Shown here one piece after another: positions 1 through 14,117 of a stretch of 64,000 bases of DNA. Source of the DNA: Lama glama (lineage: Eukaryota). How positions within the stretch are numbered: position 1 is the first letter of the stretch; each line of letters opens with the position of its first letter. The translations under genes were made by a program, and so were the position numbers. Location: positions 86,058,001 through 86,122,000 of the forward strand of contig CM052816.1 of the NCBI GenBank assembly GCA_028534125.1, read 5' to 3'. The notes below the pieces were generated by a model. That model worked only from the letters and a program-made list of their open reading frames with translations. It did no database searches and was not told the DNA's origin.

Positions 1-1989
1 AGTCTAGCTCTTAGTTGTTTTCAGCAGGATAATTATTCTGACCCACCTAGCCTGCCATTGTCAAATTAGAAAAGGTTTACTACACCAAGATTTTTCTGTC
101 ATCATCATTGTCATCAGCAGCATCATTACAATCTTTATTATTACTGATATTATTATATGATAGTAATAATTTCATCAGTGTTGCTGGAGTTATTTTGATT
201 ATTTTTATTCAATTAACTGATATAGCACTCGAGATTTTCAAAAGCTAGATTCAGCAGTGGTTTGCTTTGTATGAATTGGCAAAATAGAATTGGCAAAAGT
301 GAAGTTCAGCAGAGTGATTTATTTTGGTTGAATGGATTATGAGAGCAAACACATTATTTACAGGTAGCCAGTTGGTGCTGGGAGAGTCAGAAACTATCAC
401 AAGTCTAAGACAGAAATAAGATCTGTCTGGTTCCAGCAAAGAATTAAGGAAATTGAGGGAGGGAATCGTAAAAATAAAATAAATGTCATTATTATACAGG
501 TGATTTGAGTCCTTGTCAGATCTTAAAGATGAAAACAAAGGCAGTGCCATTATTGCTCCTTAAGCTCTGGTTTCACCACTTGGTGGAAAGGAGGCAGGGC
601 TCTAACCTGAGTTTTTAGACATAGGCACAAGCTTAAGTATGTCCCTTGGGTCATTGTTTTTCTGTTTTATTTTGATATTTTTTGTTTGCTGCTCCAGCTT
701 ATTCATGGTGAATCATTTCCTTCTCATTTCAATCACTCAGACAACAGACACCATTGCTACCATTGCTCTCATAATCTGATTTACCTTGTGTGTGATTTTT
801 ATGCTGATCTAGACTTTCCTTTTCTAGCAGTATTAAGGATCTTCTGCAACATTTGACCTGACTCTTAGTCCTAAATCCCCAAACTGGATTATTGATTGTC
901 ATCAATGCCCCTTTCCCTGTTTGTAGTCCCCCAAGAATAGAATCTTCAGTCTCCTATCAGATCATGTTTCACAATCTCCTTACACTCCTTCTATCTGAGG
1001 CTGGATGCTACAGTCACTGTTTAGTTTAACTTCACAAGCTTAAGGCATTGCAAATAGTGCTGAGGGCATCTTGGAAAGAAATTACCTGAAAGGCTTGAAC
1101 AGAGAAGTCATAACTGAGAAGGATGGAAGAGAAGAAGAAAAAAAAAATTGAACAGATTACGTCATAGTTCTACTTTTACAGATATCTTGAATCCTATCAC
1201 ATTCCTAGTTTCTAACACTGGAAACATCCAGACAAAGTTGAAACAGCATTGGTCACTCTTTCTCTTCACTCACTCTCTCCTCCAGGGCTGCCTGTTTTGC
1301 CTTTTCTGGCTTCCAGCATTATTCTCACTCATGCTCTTTTCAGCTATTACCTTCTGCTGGAAACGTTCTTTTGGTTGGCATTTCAGAATTTCAAAACTGT
1401 TAAGTGATCTGAAGTTTACTCTAAGGATACATTTATTTCTCCAGATCTTTTGTGAAATGCGATCACTACAGCCGTGTAACTGGATTTGCTTTATCACTCA
1501 ATCAATACTTCTTTCACGGAAGTGCAAGAGGAATCTCAGGGAAAGCAGTGGCTATGAGGGAAAATGAGTTTGAACAGAAATAGGGGCACAAGGGCATATA
1601 GGAGAATTATTTTTAAAGTAGTATGGAGAAATAAAGATTTACAGGATGGGAATTTTACATCTACAAAATTTTCTTTGAGTCCTTTTCTCTCTTTTGTCCT
1701 CTGGGTATCTTCCTTTAGATCTCTTGCGTCTAATTCCCAGCTCTTTCCCACGTATTTATTCTTTTACTATATTTTACTGTTTAATTGAAGATACCATTGA
1801 GTCCAATCTCCCTGCCTGTCCTAGTTCCCCTTTCCTTTCTAAGTTAATTCTTAAAAATTAACAGAAGCCAGGAATCAATTAGTTTTTTAGTACAAATACA
1901 TTTCTGTAAGAGTTGCAGATATGTGCATGATTTCGTGTACAATTTGTACAACAATCTTGATTGCTGTGAAATTATTATTATTTGTTATT

Positions 1990-2125
1990 ATTGTTAATAC
2001 AATTTTAATCTATTTTATAAATAAAAAAATATAGATACTGAGAAAGTAAGTGACTTACTAAAGTCAAAGAGTTTCAATGAAAGAGAAATGAGATATAAAT
2101 TAAGACTCCTAAATGCAAAGTTTTT
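1990..2125 (-). mobile_element. MIR SINE fragment
   Basis: Degenerate match to the MIR core reverse strand (tattttata...actgagaaagtaagtgacttactaaagtca). Confidence 0.55.
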
Positions 2126-2444
2126 GACAGTCATTACTTTCTACAAAGACTGTGATGTTATATTTTTTTCTAAGCATAAATGCAAAATAAAACAAATGAA
2201 TGCCAATAGTTATGGCAAAAAAATCTTTCTTTGACACCTGATCTATTTTATTATGTTTCAAATATTTTTAAATATTCACAAGTATAGAAATATTTCCTTC
2301 AAAGACACATAGTCATAATGTCATTATTTTTATAATTTTTGCTTAAAATATTGACAGTAGCCTCCCCCACAGTTAACTTCAAATGGTAACTATGTATAGA
2401 TATATCATTTAGGGGAGATTCTTTAAAAATACAACACAAATATT

Positions 2445-2757
2445 CTTGAGGATGTTAAGCTAAATGAAATAAGCCAGACGCAGAAAGACAGGCACTGCAT
2501 AATTCCACTTATATGAAGTATCTGAAAATAGCCAAATTTATAAAATCAAAAACTGGAATGGCAGTTATCAGAGCCTAAGGAGGCAGAGGAAATGGGAAGT
2601 AATTACACAACATGGATACATTTTCAGTTAAGATAATTGAGTTCTGGAGATCTTCTGTACAACATTGTACTTATAGCCCATAATAATGTTGTGTATGCAT
2701 AAAATTTGTTAAGAGAACAGATCTTACATTAAGTGTGCTTATCACAATAAAAATTTA
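2445..2757 (+). mobile_element. L1 3' end fragment (L1MA/L1MB-type)
   Basis: ORF2 end/3'UTR motifs gctaaatgaaataagccagac, attccacttatatgaagtatct, gttctggagatcttctgtacaac; ends at aataaaaa. Confidence 0.85.
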
Positions 2758-3894
2758 ATGGTCTATGTTTATAAATAGATACATATTGTCTGTATTTATA
2801 AATATAGATACTTATATGTATTTATGTATCTTTAAAAAAAAACAGCTAATGAAATAAAGACAAAATAAAAACTAAACCAAAGTAAAATCAACAAAAATAA
2901 AACACCCATTTTCTTTTTAGTTAAGTGCTATGTGAGTTTGAAATTTTGGAAAAGTTTATGTTTAAATATGTTTTATTTTTTTTGGAAGGTGAAAATATAT
3001 GGTTATATAGTTTTTAATTTATGTGTTTTTCTATAAGTTGAATTAATTTTGAAAGCAAGAGCAAAATCAGTTCTGCATTATTCATTATTTAATACTTTAA
3101 GGTTAATCAATTTCTGCTATAAATGAGTGTTGCAATCTGTTATGAAAGTTGAAATGATCAGGCACTTGAAACCAAGAATATTTAAGAATTCAGTTAAAAT
3201 AAGCCCTAAGAGAATGCCATCAAAAAGTCAAATATTATTACAATAGTTGTAAATGGCATACATGTCTGCTGTTAGTTTAACTGCTGTTAATTTAGCAGCT
3301 GAAAAAGTAATTTTTCTGTAAAATTTTACACAAAATTTTCATTAGTCATTTATAGTTAAAGCTCTTCTTAAAAACCTATATGTATAAACTTGTATATTAT
3401 TTATTTTAAGGTTTATTAGTGTAAAGAAACTCTTTACATTACATTAAATTGAAGCTATAAATATATTCCTACATTTGAAAATAGTGTTCTTCATTTCTTC
3501 ATTTTTTAAGTAATCACATAACAGTCCTGAAAAGAAACTCTTAGTCTATTTAAGAGGCATACACCTACACATATGCCTGAACATTCTTAATGTTAAAATC
3601 TTGACTATCATAAGAAAGTCTAAGCATATTTCAATGAATTTTCTATAGAAGTTATCATAATAAATACATGTTATCAAGTAATATTTGATATGTAAGACAC
3701 AAATAAATGCTTCTGGAAACCTTTGCAATCTTATTTTTAAAATAATCTTATTTTGGTCTAACTAAGTATAACAGTAACACTTCAGTTTACAATTTTCCCA
3801 TCAATACAAAGCATGTCTTACCTTCTCTGTGTCTAATATTTATATTTTCTTTCTAGCACTGTTTCAGAAAATATTAATTTTAGGCTTGGTAATA

Positions 3895-6200
3895 CTTTTT
3901 TTTATTAAAAGTTTATAGTTTTAGAGTAGTTTTAGGTTAACAGCAAAATTTAGGCAAAAATAGAGAGATTTTCCATATACCCCCTAACCCAACACCTGCA
4001 TATTCTCCTCCATTATCAGCTTCACTCACCATAGCAGTAGATACATTGCAATTGATGAACTACACTGACACATCATAACACACCCAAAGTCCATAGTTCA
4101 CTTTAGAGTTCATTCTTGGTGTACAATTCTATGGATTTGAACAAGTATATAATGATATATGTCCATCATTATGGTATAAAACAGAGTATATTCACTGCCC
4201 TAAAAATTCTCTGTGCGTTGCCCAATCATCCCTCCCCCTACCTAATCCTTAGCAACTACTGATCTTTTTATTGTCTCCATAGTTTTTCCTTTTCCAGAAT
4301 GTCATATGGTTGTAATCAGACAATATGTAGCCTTTTCAGATTGGCTTCCTACACTTATGAATATCATGCATATTATATAATATATATTATATAGTATTAT
4401 AAATATACATAATATGCATAAGCATAAGTAATATGCATTTAAGATTCCTCTCTGTCTTTTCATGGCTGATATCTCACTTCTTTTAAGTATTGAATAATAT
4501 TTTACTGTCTGAATGTACCATTGTTTCTTTATTCATTCATCTACTGAAAGACATCTTGATTGCATCCAAGTCTTGGCAATTATGAATAAAGTTGCTTTAA
4601 GCATCCATGTTTAAATTTTTAGGTAGAAATATATTTTCAACAACTTGGGTAAATACCAACCAGTGCAATTGCTGACTCATATGGTAAGAATATGTTTAGT
4701 TTTATAAGAATCTGGCAAATTGTCTTCTAAAGTGACTGTATAATTTTGCACTCCCACCAGCAATGAATGAGATTTCCTGTTGCTCCACATCTTGACCATC
4801 ATTTCGTGTCATCAGTTTTCTGGATTTTGGCCATTCTAATAGCTGTGTAGTGATGCCTCATTGCTGTTAATTTTCATTTTTCTTGATGGCATATGATGTG
4901 GAGCATATTTAAGTATCTTTTTTTTGGTGAGGTGTCTATTAAAATCTTTGGCTCACTTTTCAGTCCTGTTATTTTTCTCATTACTGACTTTTAACAGTTC
5001 TTTGTATATTTTGGATAGCAGTCCTTTGTCACATGCATCTTTTGCAAATATTGTCTTCCAGTCTGTGGGTAGTCTTTTATTCTCTTTACATTGTCTTTTG
5101 CAGAGTAGAAGTTTTTAATTTTAGCCAAGTCCAGCTTATCATTTCTTTTATGGATGATTCCTTTGGTGTTTTATTTAAAATTTCATTGCCAAATCCAAGG
5201 TCATATAGGCTTTCTCCTATGTTATCTTTAATGAGTTTTATAGTTTTGCCCTTTACAGGTATGTTGGTGATCATTTTGAGTTAATATTTGTGAAGGGTGC
5301 TATTGTAAATTGTATTATGTTTCCAATTTTAGATTTCACTAGTTTATTTCTGCTGTTTAGGAAAGTAATTGATTTCTGTGTATTAACTTCATCTCCTACA
5401 AACTTGCTATACTTGCCTACTTGCAGGAGATTTTTTTGTTCTATTTTCTTAGCTTTTTACGTAGACAGTCACGTCACCTGGGAACAAAGAGAGTTTTATT
5501 TCTTCCTTCCCAAACTGTATACCTTTAATTTCCTCTTCTTGTCTTATTATATTAGCTAGAACTCTAAGTATAATACTGTAAGCGTAGTGAGAGGAAACAT
5601 CCTTGCCTTGTTATCCTTATCTTAGAAGGAAGGCTCAGGTTTGTCATCATTAGGTTTGATGTTAGCTATAGATTATTTTTTTGTAGTTATTCTTTATCAA
5701 GCTGAGAAAATTCCCTTCTATTTTTAGTTCACTGAGTTTTTATCATGACTGGATTTTGAATTTTGTTAAATGCTTTTTCTATGTCTATTGATATCATCAA
5801 ATGAGTTTTCTTTTGTTGCCTGTTGATATGATGGGTTACATTAATTTATTTTCAAATTTGAACCAGACTTTTGTACCTGGATAAATCCCACTTGGTTGTG
5901 TTGTACAATTGTTTCCATGTATTGTTGGATATTTGATTTACTAATATTTTGTTGATGATTTTTTACGTCTATTCTTATGAGAGAGTGTTTTTTGTAGTTT
6001 TGTTTTTCTGTAATGTTTTTGTCTGGTTTTGGTATTAGAGTAATACCAACCTTATAGAATGAGTTAGGAAATACTTCCTCTGCTTCTATCCTTTGAAAGA
6101 GATCCAAATTTCTTCTCTATTTACTGAAATTCACCAGTGAACCTGGGCTTGGTGATTTCTGTTTTGGACAATTATTAATTTTTGATTCAGTTGTTATAAT
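3895..6200 (-). mobile_element. Old L1 (L1MC-like 3'UTR plus internally deleted ORF2 remnants)
   Basis: L1MC-type 3'UTR at ~3920-4330; ORF2-like peptides MITNIPVKGKTIKLIKDNIGESLYDLGFG (5086-5274) and DLFQRIEAEEVFPNSFYKVGITLIPKPDK (5841-6107). Confidence 0.9.
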
Positions 6201-6559
6201 AGGTATGTTATTACAACTGAATATAAGTATGCATAAGGATATTCCAAGGGTATAAAACATATGTGTGTATACTAGGTTCTAATGTGTAGAACAATATGTG
6301 TTACAGCAATTAAAAGGAGGGACAATCAATCTCTAATTCATTGAACTGAAGGGATTGTAATAGATTATGTAACATGAGATAATGGAAATATCATGGTAAG
6401 TGGAATGCAAGGATAAAGGCACAAAGTGAAGCATTAGTGTAGAGAGAAAACTTGACTACATATCAACCAGAAAGAATTTGGATTCTATCTTACAGGAAAA
6501 TCATCTGTAAACTAAGGATCAACCATTAAAGAAAGAGTTCCATATTCAAATATTTTTAG

Positions 6560-6932
6560 TAAATGTAGTTAAAAAATTTATTTGCCAACTTAGCTAGAGT
6601 ACAGTGTCCAATTATTTATGTAAACACTAGTGTAAGTGTTGCAGTGAAGATATTTTATGGCCGTAGTTAGAATTTATAATCAGTTAACACTAAATAAAGG
6701 ATATTTCCTCTGATGATCTGGGTGGTCCTCATCTAATCAGTTGAAAGGCCTTGATAGCAAAACTAAAATTTTTTTTTCCCCTGAGGAAAAAGAAATTCTG
6801 CTGCCTCGGAATACATGTCAGAATTTCCAGGCTGCCAGCTTGCCTTATGGAAAATGAACTTTCTAGCCCCAACAACCTTGCAAGTCAGTTTCTTAAAAAT
6901 AGATCTATTTTATTACTATACTCATCTCCATA
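6560..6932 (+). mobile_element. MLT2-type (ERVL) LTR
   Basis: gccaacttagctag...tgttgcagtgaagatatttt...ggtggtcctcatctaatcagttgaaaggcctt...agccccaacaacc; paralogous to 30637-31216. Confidence 0.8.
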
Positions 6933-6934
6933 GG

Positions 6935-7930
6935 TATATAAAATCACTTGACAAAATCTGTTATTCCTTACTAATAAAAACTCTCAAAAAAACTAGGAGT
7001 ACAAGGGGCAGATATAGAAAACCTAATAATAACATAGTACCTAATGGTGAAAGAGTAAATGCTTTCCCCCTAAGTTCAGAAACAAGAAAAGGATGTCTCC
7101 TCTCATAAATTCTTAAACATTGTATTGGAGGTTCTTGCTAGTACTTTAAGGCAAAAGAAAGAAATAAGAAACTAAAAAGACAACCATTTTGGATAAGAAG
7201 GAAAATTGTTCTTATTTGCAGGTGACTTGATCATCTGTAGAAATTCTTGTGGAATCTACAACAGTCTACTAAAAATAATAAATAACTTTCACAAAGTTGC
7301 AGGATACAAATTAGCATACAAATAAAAAATAAGTGATTTTATATATAGTAGTAATCAGAAATTATAATAAAATGTAATACTATTTAAAATATTGTTAAAA
7401 TATAAAATATTTAGTGATAATTCTGACAAAATTTGTCTGTACAAAGACTTATGCATTCATAACTAATTATGTGTAATATCCAAAATCTGAAAACCCAAGT
7501 GTTCATCAACAGGTTAATGGAAACCCAAGTTATTGTATATCTTTACAATGGAATATTACAAAGTCATGAAAACAGTTGAACTACTGGTGAAAAATCACAT
7601 TGGATCTCAAAATAATTGTGCTGAAAGAAGTCAGGCAAAGAAAAGAGCACATACTGTATGGTTCCAGTTATTAAATATTTTAGAAAATGAAAACTAATCT
7701 CTAGTGACAGAAAGCAAAGTTGTGGTTGTTGGGGTTGTGGAATGGTATGAAGAAAGGCAGGAAGAGGGATTCCAAGGGAGCATGAGGAATCTTTAGGAGG
7801 TGACGGATATGGTCATTATTTTGATTCTGACGGTGATTTCACTGGTGTATACGTATATCAAACCTTAGCAAATATTTGTCTGTAAATAATGCAAGGTATC
7901 AATTATATCTTAATAAGGCTGATGAAAAGA
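6935..7930 (+). mobile_element. Old L1 (L1MD/L1ME-like) ORF2 and 3'UTR fragments
   Basis: Peptide KPNNNIVPNGERVNAFPLSSETRKGCLLS (L1 RT region); 3'UTR tctagtgacagaaagc...catgaggaatctttaggaggtgacggatat. Confidence 0.85.
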
Positions 7931-8289
7931 CTATCAAAAGAGCTAAGAGAAGAATGAATAATAAAACAGACAGGAATGCCAAAGTTGGAGGCATGATTAT
8001 GAAATAGTTATCATGTTTTAAAAGTGAAACAATAGATTTAATGATTATAATTGTTAAATATTGCAATCTCTGTTTAAGAATATTGACAGAACTGGAAATT
8101 GTTGTTTTCTGTTTAAAAACTTTTTAATGTCTTTTGCATTTTTGCTGTTTAGAAAAAGAGTATAAATATGTATTTATATAGTGTATGCCTTTTAGCTATG
8201 CAAGCATATATACACAAGAACTTTTAAATGATTTTTTATTGCCCATCTAATATCAATCAATCATCTTCCTTTGTTATTGATTCTTACTC

Positions 8290-8700
8290 TATCTGTTGGC
8301 TGTGGCAATGTATAGGCCTAAAGAAATTATTTCCCAGATTTCTTTAACTAGAGTGACCATAGAACACATTTCTGGCATCATATGAAGGAGTTGTTGGGAA
8401 GTACTTAACATAAAAGCTCTAAAAACAAACAAACAAACAAACAAACAAAAAACAAAAACAAAGCAAAAAACAAAAATAAAAAAAACCTCAGTAGGTACAC
8501 ACCAATTTGTAGCGTAATCTGCCAAGGAAGCCTTGTGCCAGGGAGATGCCACACCAACCCTGCCCAGCATCCTCCTGACGTCTTTTACATGAAGAGAAAA
8601 AAAGTAAATACACACAAAAAAATAGAACCTTTCTATCTTTGTCTAAGTCACTCTTATTTCATTTTATTAGTACATGAACAAAAATTTTTAATATATACCC
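8290..8700 (+). mobile_element. MaLR (MLT1-type) LTR remnant with internal (AAAC)n
   Basis: 3' end ttttacatgaagagaaaaa...gtctaagtcactcttattt resembles an MLT1 terminus; (AAAC)n at ~8421-8485. Confidence 0.5.
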
Positions 8701-8969
8701 AAAGTACACATCCATACAAATAAACAAACACACACATGTATCACATATGTAATACGATAAAGAGTAGTAGTTTGAGAAAGAACACCTGAAAGTCAGCTCT
8801 GGATCCCTAGCTATTTACTTCTGAGGAGTGTACACTATTGCTGCTCTTTGTAGTTTCCCTTTGTTCAGTACACCTGTCCTCCAGCTGCTTCCTGTGTTAT
8901 CTGATGAAATCTCACAGCTGAACCTGTCTCCAGAAAATTTACCAATTCTTACTAATTTACAACTACTTA

Positions 8970-9205
8970 GATCAGTTTTCATATTATTTTTCACCATAGG
9001 TTACTATAAGATATTGAATAGAGTTCCCTGTGCTATACAGTATAAACTAGTTGTTTATCTATTTTATGAATAGTGGTTAGAACCTGCATATCTCGTATCC
9101 CAATTTATCACTTCCCACCCTCTTCCTCCACCACCCCCGGTAACCATAAGTTTGTTTTCTGTGTCCGTTAGTCCGTTTCTGTTTTGTAAAGAAGTTTGTT
9201 TGTTG
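8970..9205 (-). mobile_element. Artiodactyl-type L1 3'UTR fragment
   Basis: aggttactataagatattgaatagagttccctgtgctatacag...ggtaaccataagtttgttttct, antisense-homologous to the 3'UTR at 15370-15620. Confidence 0.85.
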
Positions 9206-9621
9206 TTGGAGCCCCTCATGTAATGTAATAAACAGATCTTAATTTCAGAGTTTCTTGGTGCTCCTCTGCTTAGTTTTAGTTGTAAATAGGTCAGTAAAGA
9301 GACACACCTGATAAATGCACAGTGACCAGGGCTCAGATCTCTTAGGGATCAGAATCTCCACCAGGAAACTGCATAGACCAGTAGAATACTTGTTAAGAGT
9401 AAGAGGATTTTTTTTTTTAGCGAATTCTTGATTGAGTAGCAGAAAAAACAGACGATAAGTATCAATTAGAGCCTTAAACGAATTGTAGTAGTGTGTGCCT
9501 CCATTCATAGCACTAATCTTTCTCTTGTAAAAATTCCCTTAAGTTGTGGCCAAATTTGGCCTGGATGCGATGAACTAAATGTGAGAAGTAAACAGATCTG
9601 AGCAGCACAATGTGTTGAACA

Positions 9622-10037
9622 TGGTGGAGACTGATGGTATTCCACTTAGATCCTTTTTACTAGGACAGTGTGTCCCAGGCTTGAGAGTTATCTTTTACTG
9701 GTTCACAGCTTCCCTCCTTTTCAAAGATTTACTGTGGTCCAAATACGATAGGTTATGCTCACTGCAGGGGGCAACTTACAGTCAGTGATTGGCTGACAGG
9801 GTGCTTGGCCTTTCTCCTTGCTTCAAGCTAAGGCCAATTTGTTGGACTATGATTGCTCCAGAACATCTCATGGAATCAGACTGAAGCTACTCCCCAGCTA
9901 TGTTCTCATCTAACTTTTGCCCTATTCTGCTTACTTCCCTCACTTTCTCCGAAGATGAACAGAGAATTCCTTCAAGAAACCAAGTACAACCAAAACCCTG
10001 TGTCAGGATCTGCATTCATGGAAGCCAATTTAAGACA
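9622..10037 (+). mobile_element. LTR16-type ERVL solo LTR
   Basis: Starts tggtggagactgatggt; ends tgtcaggatctgcattcatggaagccaatttaagaca, an LTR16-like terminus. Confidence 0.65.
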
Positions 10038-10108
10038 CTTTGTAATCATGAGCTTTTAAGTTAGAGGTATAGATTTTCAGCTTTCTCAATTGTAATCCAT
10101 TAAAGATG

Positions 10109-10326
10109 CAGTTGACTTTTAAACAACCTGGGAGTTAGGGGCCCCAACCCCTGTGAAATAAAAAAATCTGGGTAAAATTTTACTGTTGACCCTTTGTATC
10201 CACGGTTCTGCATCTTCTGATTCATCCAAGCCCAGATCATGTGGTACTCTAGTACAAATTGATTGAAAAAATTCTCGTACAAGTGTACCCGCATAGTTCA
10301 AACTTGTATTGTTCAAGGGTCAACTG
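10109..10326. mobile_element. Tigger2-derived MITE (MER8-like)
   Basis: Terminal inverted repeats cagttgacttttaaacaac / attgttcaagggtcaactg; TA on the right flank, TG on the left. Confidence 0.85.
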
Positions 10327-11439
10327 TATATGTTCCTGCCATTGCTCTATAGATATAGGGTTCTGCAAAATCTGTCACTGTATAATTCTTATTACCCTGC
10401 CTTCAGTTACCTGAGTAGTTGAATGATGCAGTAATGATGTCTTTTATATTTTAATATATTACACAGTCCAATTTTCAAATGGTAGGAAGAGAGAGAATTT
10501 GCTTGGCCTTTTATATATAATATATATTTTGGTCCTTTTCTAACTATCTCTTACCATTGATTCAGACATTTATAGAATAGGGTTTTTGTACACCTGATTT
10601 TATGTCACTTCTGTAGACTACAGTCCAGGCTGCTAGAACTTTGACTTCTTATCACAAAATTGAGCTCATATCTAGGGCTGGTGTTGGACTGGTGAGTTCA
10701 TCCCTAGGCCTGAGAGAGAGTCATGCAGTTGCTGCTCTGGAAAATGCTAACATGTGGGGTGAGGGTGTCCACAAAGGCAAGTGCAAAGACCCTTGTTGTA
10801 TATGGGACAGAACTAAAGTCTCTGGGGCTCAGGGTGCTGACTCTCCTCATTATCATCTTTTTCTAGGACAGAATTTATAAAAGTGAGGATTAGAAACTCA
10901 TACTTGACCTTTCAAAGACTATAAAGATAGATTTTCAAGATAGGAGAATTGAACATTATTTATTTAATGGCTTTAGCGTGTTTATATATTTTAATTATTT
11001 AATCAAATATGTATAGATCTTAAGTTATACTCTTGCAAATGTTGGGTTGGACTTAGTGTTGCATTCACGAGTTTAGATCTTCACAGCTATAATTTCTGTA
11101 AGATCTAAACTCATGACTGCAATTCTAGTTTAGTATCTTATAGAAATAGTAAGCTATTTCGTATCTTAGTAAAAATATTAGGTTCTATAGTTGAACCCAG
11201 ATAACATCCTTAAGTATAAGGTACAACATTACAATATGTCTAAGCATTCCCCATGCACATTTTTTCCCTTTGTTCATCTTCTTCATCTACACATTTCTTT
11301 TGAACTTACATGCCTGAATTGTCAAGTGCACATTAACTCATCTTTTTTACAAATACATTTCATTTTGCTTGATACTGTCCCCGCTACTAACCTCATTATG
11401 TCTATTTGTATTATTTCTCTGTTTTTGATATAGTTTGTA

Positions 11440-11620
11440 ACACCTCTCTATTTTGCATCATATGAGAACCTTATTAATATTCCATTTACTTGTTCTTCTC
11501 AAATTCTTAATTAAAATGCTAAACAGGATATTAAATCGGATAGAGGCAAAGAATGACCTCTGTGACAGGCTATAAGACAGCTTCCTCAATGTAATGTATT
11601 GCTATTTATCATGTTTCTTG
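11440..11620 (-). mobile_element. L3/CR1 fragment
   Basis: ttaattaaaatgctaaacagg...agaatgacctctgtgacagg resembles the antisense CR1 RT GVPQGSVL region. Confidence 0.45.
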
Positions 11621-12467
11621 ATATATTACTTCAGATAGTTTTCTGTGACTGTGAAATCAATTTAATATTTTCTTAAAATGGAGCTTTGCTTGAAAACTTT
11701 ACTTATGGATCTCAAGGTCATCATTATAACCTGTAAGAAATAGAATTCTTCCATTTTATAAAAATTATTAATTAAGATGTATGATGAATACTTTTCTTAA
11801 TCAGGTTTCAGTCTAAAAAGTGCTTTGTTTCTCAAAACATTATCATGTGTAATAATAAAGAAAACATAGACTTTTGGTTTGGTATGTTAAGAAAGAGGAG
11901 TTGTAGGAAAATATGAATATCTTGCAGGAGTTGACTCAACACACATCTATAATGTTCATTCTTTCTTTCTAAGCTCACTTTACTAGAGCACTGAGGTCTC
12001 TACTTGACAACCAGAGACATTTAAAAATGGGTGAATAAAACTCATTCACTACCTCAGAAGATACTTGGAAGATTCTGACAATCTTTCAATGTAATATGGA
12101 AATAGTCATTCCAAAATGGTGGGAAAATGTGGACTGTTTTATATATTCATAAGAACTGACTTGAACCACTCCCTCCACTGAACAAAACATTTTGAAGACA
12201 TATTGTCCTCCTTGTTTAAAATACCTCAATTAGGTATTCTGTTTTTCTAAAACTGCAAAAGGAGTGCTTAAAGAAGCCATATTTTTCTGGTTGTTAGTTT
12301 TTCTTTAAATATAATTTAGGGCCATGGGGTACTTAGCAACCATGTTTTACACTTTTCAGTGTATTTTACTCTTAATATTCTAAAATATACCAATTAAACA
12401 TCCTAACAAGTACACAGTACATTTAAAGGGACAGAGATAAGAGTAAAAAAGTTATGACACCCCATAA

Positions 12468-13796
12468 TAAACTCGTAATAAACACCTATGTCAATTAATC
12501 TACAAAGGAGGCAAGAATATAAAATGGAGAAAAGACAGTCTCTTCAATAAGTAGTGCTGGAAAAACTGGACAGCTATGTATAAAAGAATGAAATTAGAAC
12601 ATTCTCCAATATCATATACAAAAATAAACTCAAAATGAATTAAAGATCTATATGTAAGTCCAGATACTATAAAACTCCAAGAGGAAAACATAGGCAGAAA
12701 ACTCTTTGACATAAATTGAAGCAATATTTGTTTGGATCCATTTCCTAAAGTAAAGAAAATAAAAGCAAAAATAAATAAGTGGCACCTAATTAAGCGTAAA
12801 AGCTTTTGCACAGCAAAGTAAGCCATCAACAAAGTGAAAAGACAACCCACTGAATAGGATAAAATATTATCAAATAATATAACCAATAAAGGATTAATAT
12901 CCAACATATATAAACAGCTCATACAACTCTACGTCAAGAAAAAAAAATTAAAAATGGGCAAAAGAACTGAATAGACATTTTTACAAAGAAGAAATGTAGA
13001 TGGCCAACAGGCATGAAAAGATGCTCAACATTACTAATCATCAGGAAATGCAAATCAAAACCACAGTGAGCTATCACCTCACACCTGTCAGAATGACTAT
13101 CATCAAAAAGTCTACAAATAACAAATATTGGTAAGGATGTGAAGAAAGGGGAATGCTTGTACACCGTTGGTGGGAATGTAAGTTGGTGCAGCTACTATGG
13201 AAAACAGTATGGAGGTTTCTCAAAAAATTAAAAACAGAACTACTATATGACCCAGCAGTTCCACTCCTGGTTATAGATCTGAAAAAATACAAAAACACCA
13301 ATTGGAAAAGATACATGTACCCCAATGTTCATAGCAGCAAGTTGCCAAGACATGAAAACAACCTAAGTGTCCATCAACAGGTAAATAGGTAAAGAAGATA
13401 TGGAATATATGCAATGGAATGCTACTCAGCCATAAAAAAGAACAAAATTTTGCCATTTGCATCAATATGGATGGACTTGGAGAACATGATGCTAAGTGAA
13501 ATAAGTCAGACAAAGAAAGATAAATATTGCATGATATACTTATATTTGTAATCTCAGATATACAACAAAATAGTGAATATAATAAAAAAAGAACCAGATA
13601 CAGATACAGAGAACAAACTAGTACTTACCAGTTCAGAAGAAGCTGAGGGGCAATAAAGGGGTGAGGAAGTGGGAAATAAAAACTATTGGGTATAAGATAA
13701 GCTCAAGGATGTACTGAACAACATAGGGAATATGGCCAATATGGACCCAAACTTTAAAAATTATAAAAAAAAAATTAAATTTTAAAAATTAAAAAA
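12468..13796 (+). mobile_element. 5'-truncated L1 with TSD
   Basis: ORF2 C-terminal remnant ([24 protein letters not shown]), 3'UTR, A-rich tail; exact 12-bp TSD gacaccccataa at 12456-12467 and 13797-13808. Confidence 0.95.
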
Positions 13797-14117
13797 GACA
13801 CCCCATAAGAATCATCTGGAAGCATTTATTCAAAAATGTTTAATTAAACATTTGCAAAGTATAATCATATAAACAAAATGAATACAATTAAATCAAGCTT
13901 TGTGTAAACTATAAAACCTATAAAATTTGAGTAATTATAAACTATGGAACACATATTTTGGATAACAAATTTTGGAAAATGAGAATACACATCTTTTCAA
14001 AATCTTATGCCTATATTATGGGATGCCAATAAGACATTCCCCAGTTTCATAATATGTCATTTATTAAACATGTATTTGTTGAAAATGTATGATATACGAG
14101 GCTTTTAAATGTGAATA

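Noticed and set aside
1148..1788. 139-aa and neighbouring ORFs
   Set aside because: No recognisable protein similarity, and the 139-aa ORF starts at TTG; consistent with chance ORFs.
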